A model generated the notes under the pieces. That model searched no databases, was not told the DNA's origin, and worked only from the letters and a program-made list of their open reading frames with translations. Of a DNA stretch of 64,000 nt, positions 62,753-64,000 are shown one piece after another. Position numbers and translations under genes: made by a program. Every line of letters starts with the position of its first letter. Within the stretch, counting starts at the first letter, position 1. Origin of the DNA: Terriglobales bacterium (GTDB lineage Bacteria > Acidobacteriota > Terriglobia > Terriglobales > Acidobacteriaceae); NCBI GenBank assembly GCA_035569025.1, contig DATMNN010000098.1, positions 11,644 to 75,643 on the forward strand, given 5' to 3'.

Positions 62753-64000
62753 CTACCACGGCGTGAGCGGTTCCGGCTCAGCGGACCCATCAGCCCGTGG
62801 ATCGGAGGCTCCAAAGTTCGCGCCGCTCGCGGAGTTGTGCAACACGACTTGCCCGCGCCCCATCGACGTGGAATATTCCTTCCGCACCACGATGTTGTGT
62901 CCCTTCTTGCGCAATTCTTCGACGACCTCGGGCTTCACTCGCGATTCGATCAGCAGGCGGCAACCGATGGGCTCCGCCGTCCCGGCAATCGTAAATCGCG
63001 GCGCTTCGAGTGCGGCCTGAATGTTCATCCCATAGTCGACCAGGTTGGAAACAAACTGCGCGTGCGCCAGCGGCTGGTTGGCTCCGCCCATGATCCCGAA
63101 CCCGATGTGCATGTCGCCGCGCTCCATGAACGCCGGAATGATCGTATGGAACGGCCGCTTGCGCGGCGCGAGCGCGTTGGGATGACTCGCGTCCAGCGTA
63201 AACAGGCCGCCGCGGTCTTGCAAAATGAAGCCCATCCCATTGACGGCGACCCCGGAACCGAACGCATCGTAAAGACTCTGAATCACCGAAGCGATGTTGC
63301 CCTCTTTGTCGACGACTGCGAGGTACGTTGTGTCGCTCAGCGCAGGGCTGCCGCTGGAAGTGGTGCAGCTCGCTTTGTCGGGATCGATGAGCACGGCGCG
63401 CCTGGCGGCGTAGTCTTTCGACAACAGTCCCGGCACCGGTACTTTGGCGAAGTGCGGGTCGGCGTTGTAACGGTAAAGGTCTGTGTAGGCGAGCTTCATC
63501 GCTTCAATCTTTTTATGGAGTTCCGGCGCGCCCTGAGGCCCTGAAGGATCAGGCGTGAACGTCCCCATGATGTTCAGCATCTCGAGGGCGGCCATGCCTT
63601 GTCCATTGGGAGGCAGTTCGTAAACTTTCCATCCGCGATAATCGATGGAAACTGGTTCCACCCACTCCGACGAAAATTCCGCGAGGTCATCGGCCTGCAT
63701 CGTTCCGCCCAGGGCCGATGAGCTTTTCAGGATCGCCTGCGCGATTTCGCCGCGATAAAAAGCGTCGCGCCCCTGGTCGGCGATCAGCCGCAAGGTCCTG
63801 GCGAGATCGGGATTCTTGAATGTCTCACCGATAGCAGGCACTTTTCCTTGTGGCAGAAAGACGCGGGCCGCCTCAGGAGTCTCCTTGAGTCGATCCTTGT
63901 CGCCCTCCCAATACTCTTGCGCGATTTCAGCTACGGCGTATCCGTGCTCGGCATAGAAAATTGCCGGCGCGAAGAGATCTTTCCACGGAAGGCGTCCAAA
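62753..64000 (-). CDS. ggt: Gamma-glutamyltransferase, C-terminal ~415 aa (5' end outside window)
   Basis: TTYLAVVDKEGNIASVIQSLYDAFGSG (autoprocessing Thr)…PFHTIIPAFM…MGGANQP. The frame stays open from 63841 to the window edge (…FGRLPWKDLFAPAIFYAEHGY…). Confidence 0.9.
   Translation of the reverse strand, partial: FGRLPWKDLFAPAIFYAEHGYAVAEIAQEYWEGDKDRLKETPEAARVFLPQGKVPAIGETFKNPDLARTLRLIADQGRDAFYRGEIAQAILKSSSALGGTMQADDLAEFSSEWVEPVSIDYRGWKVYELPPNGQGMAALEMLNIMGTFTPDPSGPQGAPELHKKIEAMKLAYTDLYRYNADPHFAKVPVPGLLSKDYAARRAVLIDPDKASCTTSSGSPALSDTTYLAVVDKEGNIASVIQSLYDAFGSGVAVNGMGFILQDRGGLFTLDASHPNALAPRKRPFHTIIPAFMERGDMHIGFGIMGGANQPLAHAQFVSNLVDYGMNIQAALEAPRFTIAGTAEPIGCRLLIESRVKPEVVEELRKKGHNIVVRKEYSTSMGRGQVVLHNSASGANFGASDPRADGSAEPEPLTPW

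Overview
This is a 64-kb, high-GC (roughly 60% from hand counts on a few lines) chromosomal segment. It most likely comes from an Acidobacteria-type soil bacterium. That placement is an inference from four things: VWFA-related and CarboxypepD_reg giant outer-membrane protein genes, Ser/Thr kinase-TPR genes, many secreted beta-barrel proteins, and a dense set of short mosaic REP-like intergenic repeats. No database search was possible.

I can support about 57 protein-coding genes and two tRNAs (His-GUG, Pro-UGG). I saw no rRNA, CRISPR array, transposase, integrase or phage gene.

Housekeeping genes:
- ispG (partial)
- cdsA-uppS
- tatA/B-tatC
- lysS
- atpZ-atpI-atpB-atpE (a split F0 operon ending in a terminator)
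- a fused moaD-moaE
- a fabF-like KAS
- ggt (partial)

Metabolic and regulatory modules:
- DeoR-SIS-PfkB sugar operon
- AraC gene divergent from an NTF2/cupin/aldo-keto-reductase operon of lower GC
- Tat-exported sulfite-oxidase-like molybdoenzyme with a monoheme cytochrome c, plus a paralogous cytochrome c nearby
- response regulator-GGDEF gene divergent from two tandem CheY-like genes
- orphan MASE1-PAS-HisKA_3 kinase
- VapBC pair

Most unusual observations:
1. A 21-32 nt palindrome-containing motif occurs six times. Near-identical copies bracket two consecutive genes immediately downstream of tRNA-Pro, in a lower-GC islet that ends at a truncated Ser/Thr kinase.
2. An 850-900 aa HEAT-like/PilZ protein has a reading frame that stays open 59 codons upstream of its first canonical start. 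That stretch has a strong Shine-Dalgarno followed by ATC.
3. A UDP-glucose/GDP-mannose dehydrogenase paralog has its catalytic Cys, Lys and Asn positions all substituted.
4. A two-gene cassette of unknown function has a palindromic operator and is flanked by REP-like mosaics.
5. Heptamer tandem arrays start right after three stop codons.

No recognisable complete novel defence or mobile system could be demonstrated from sequence alone.
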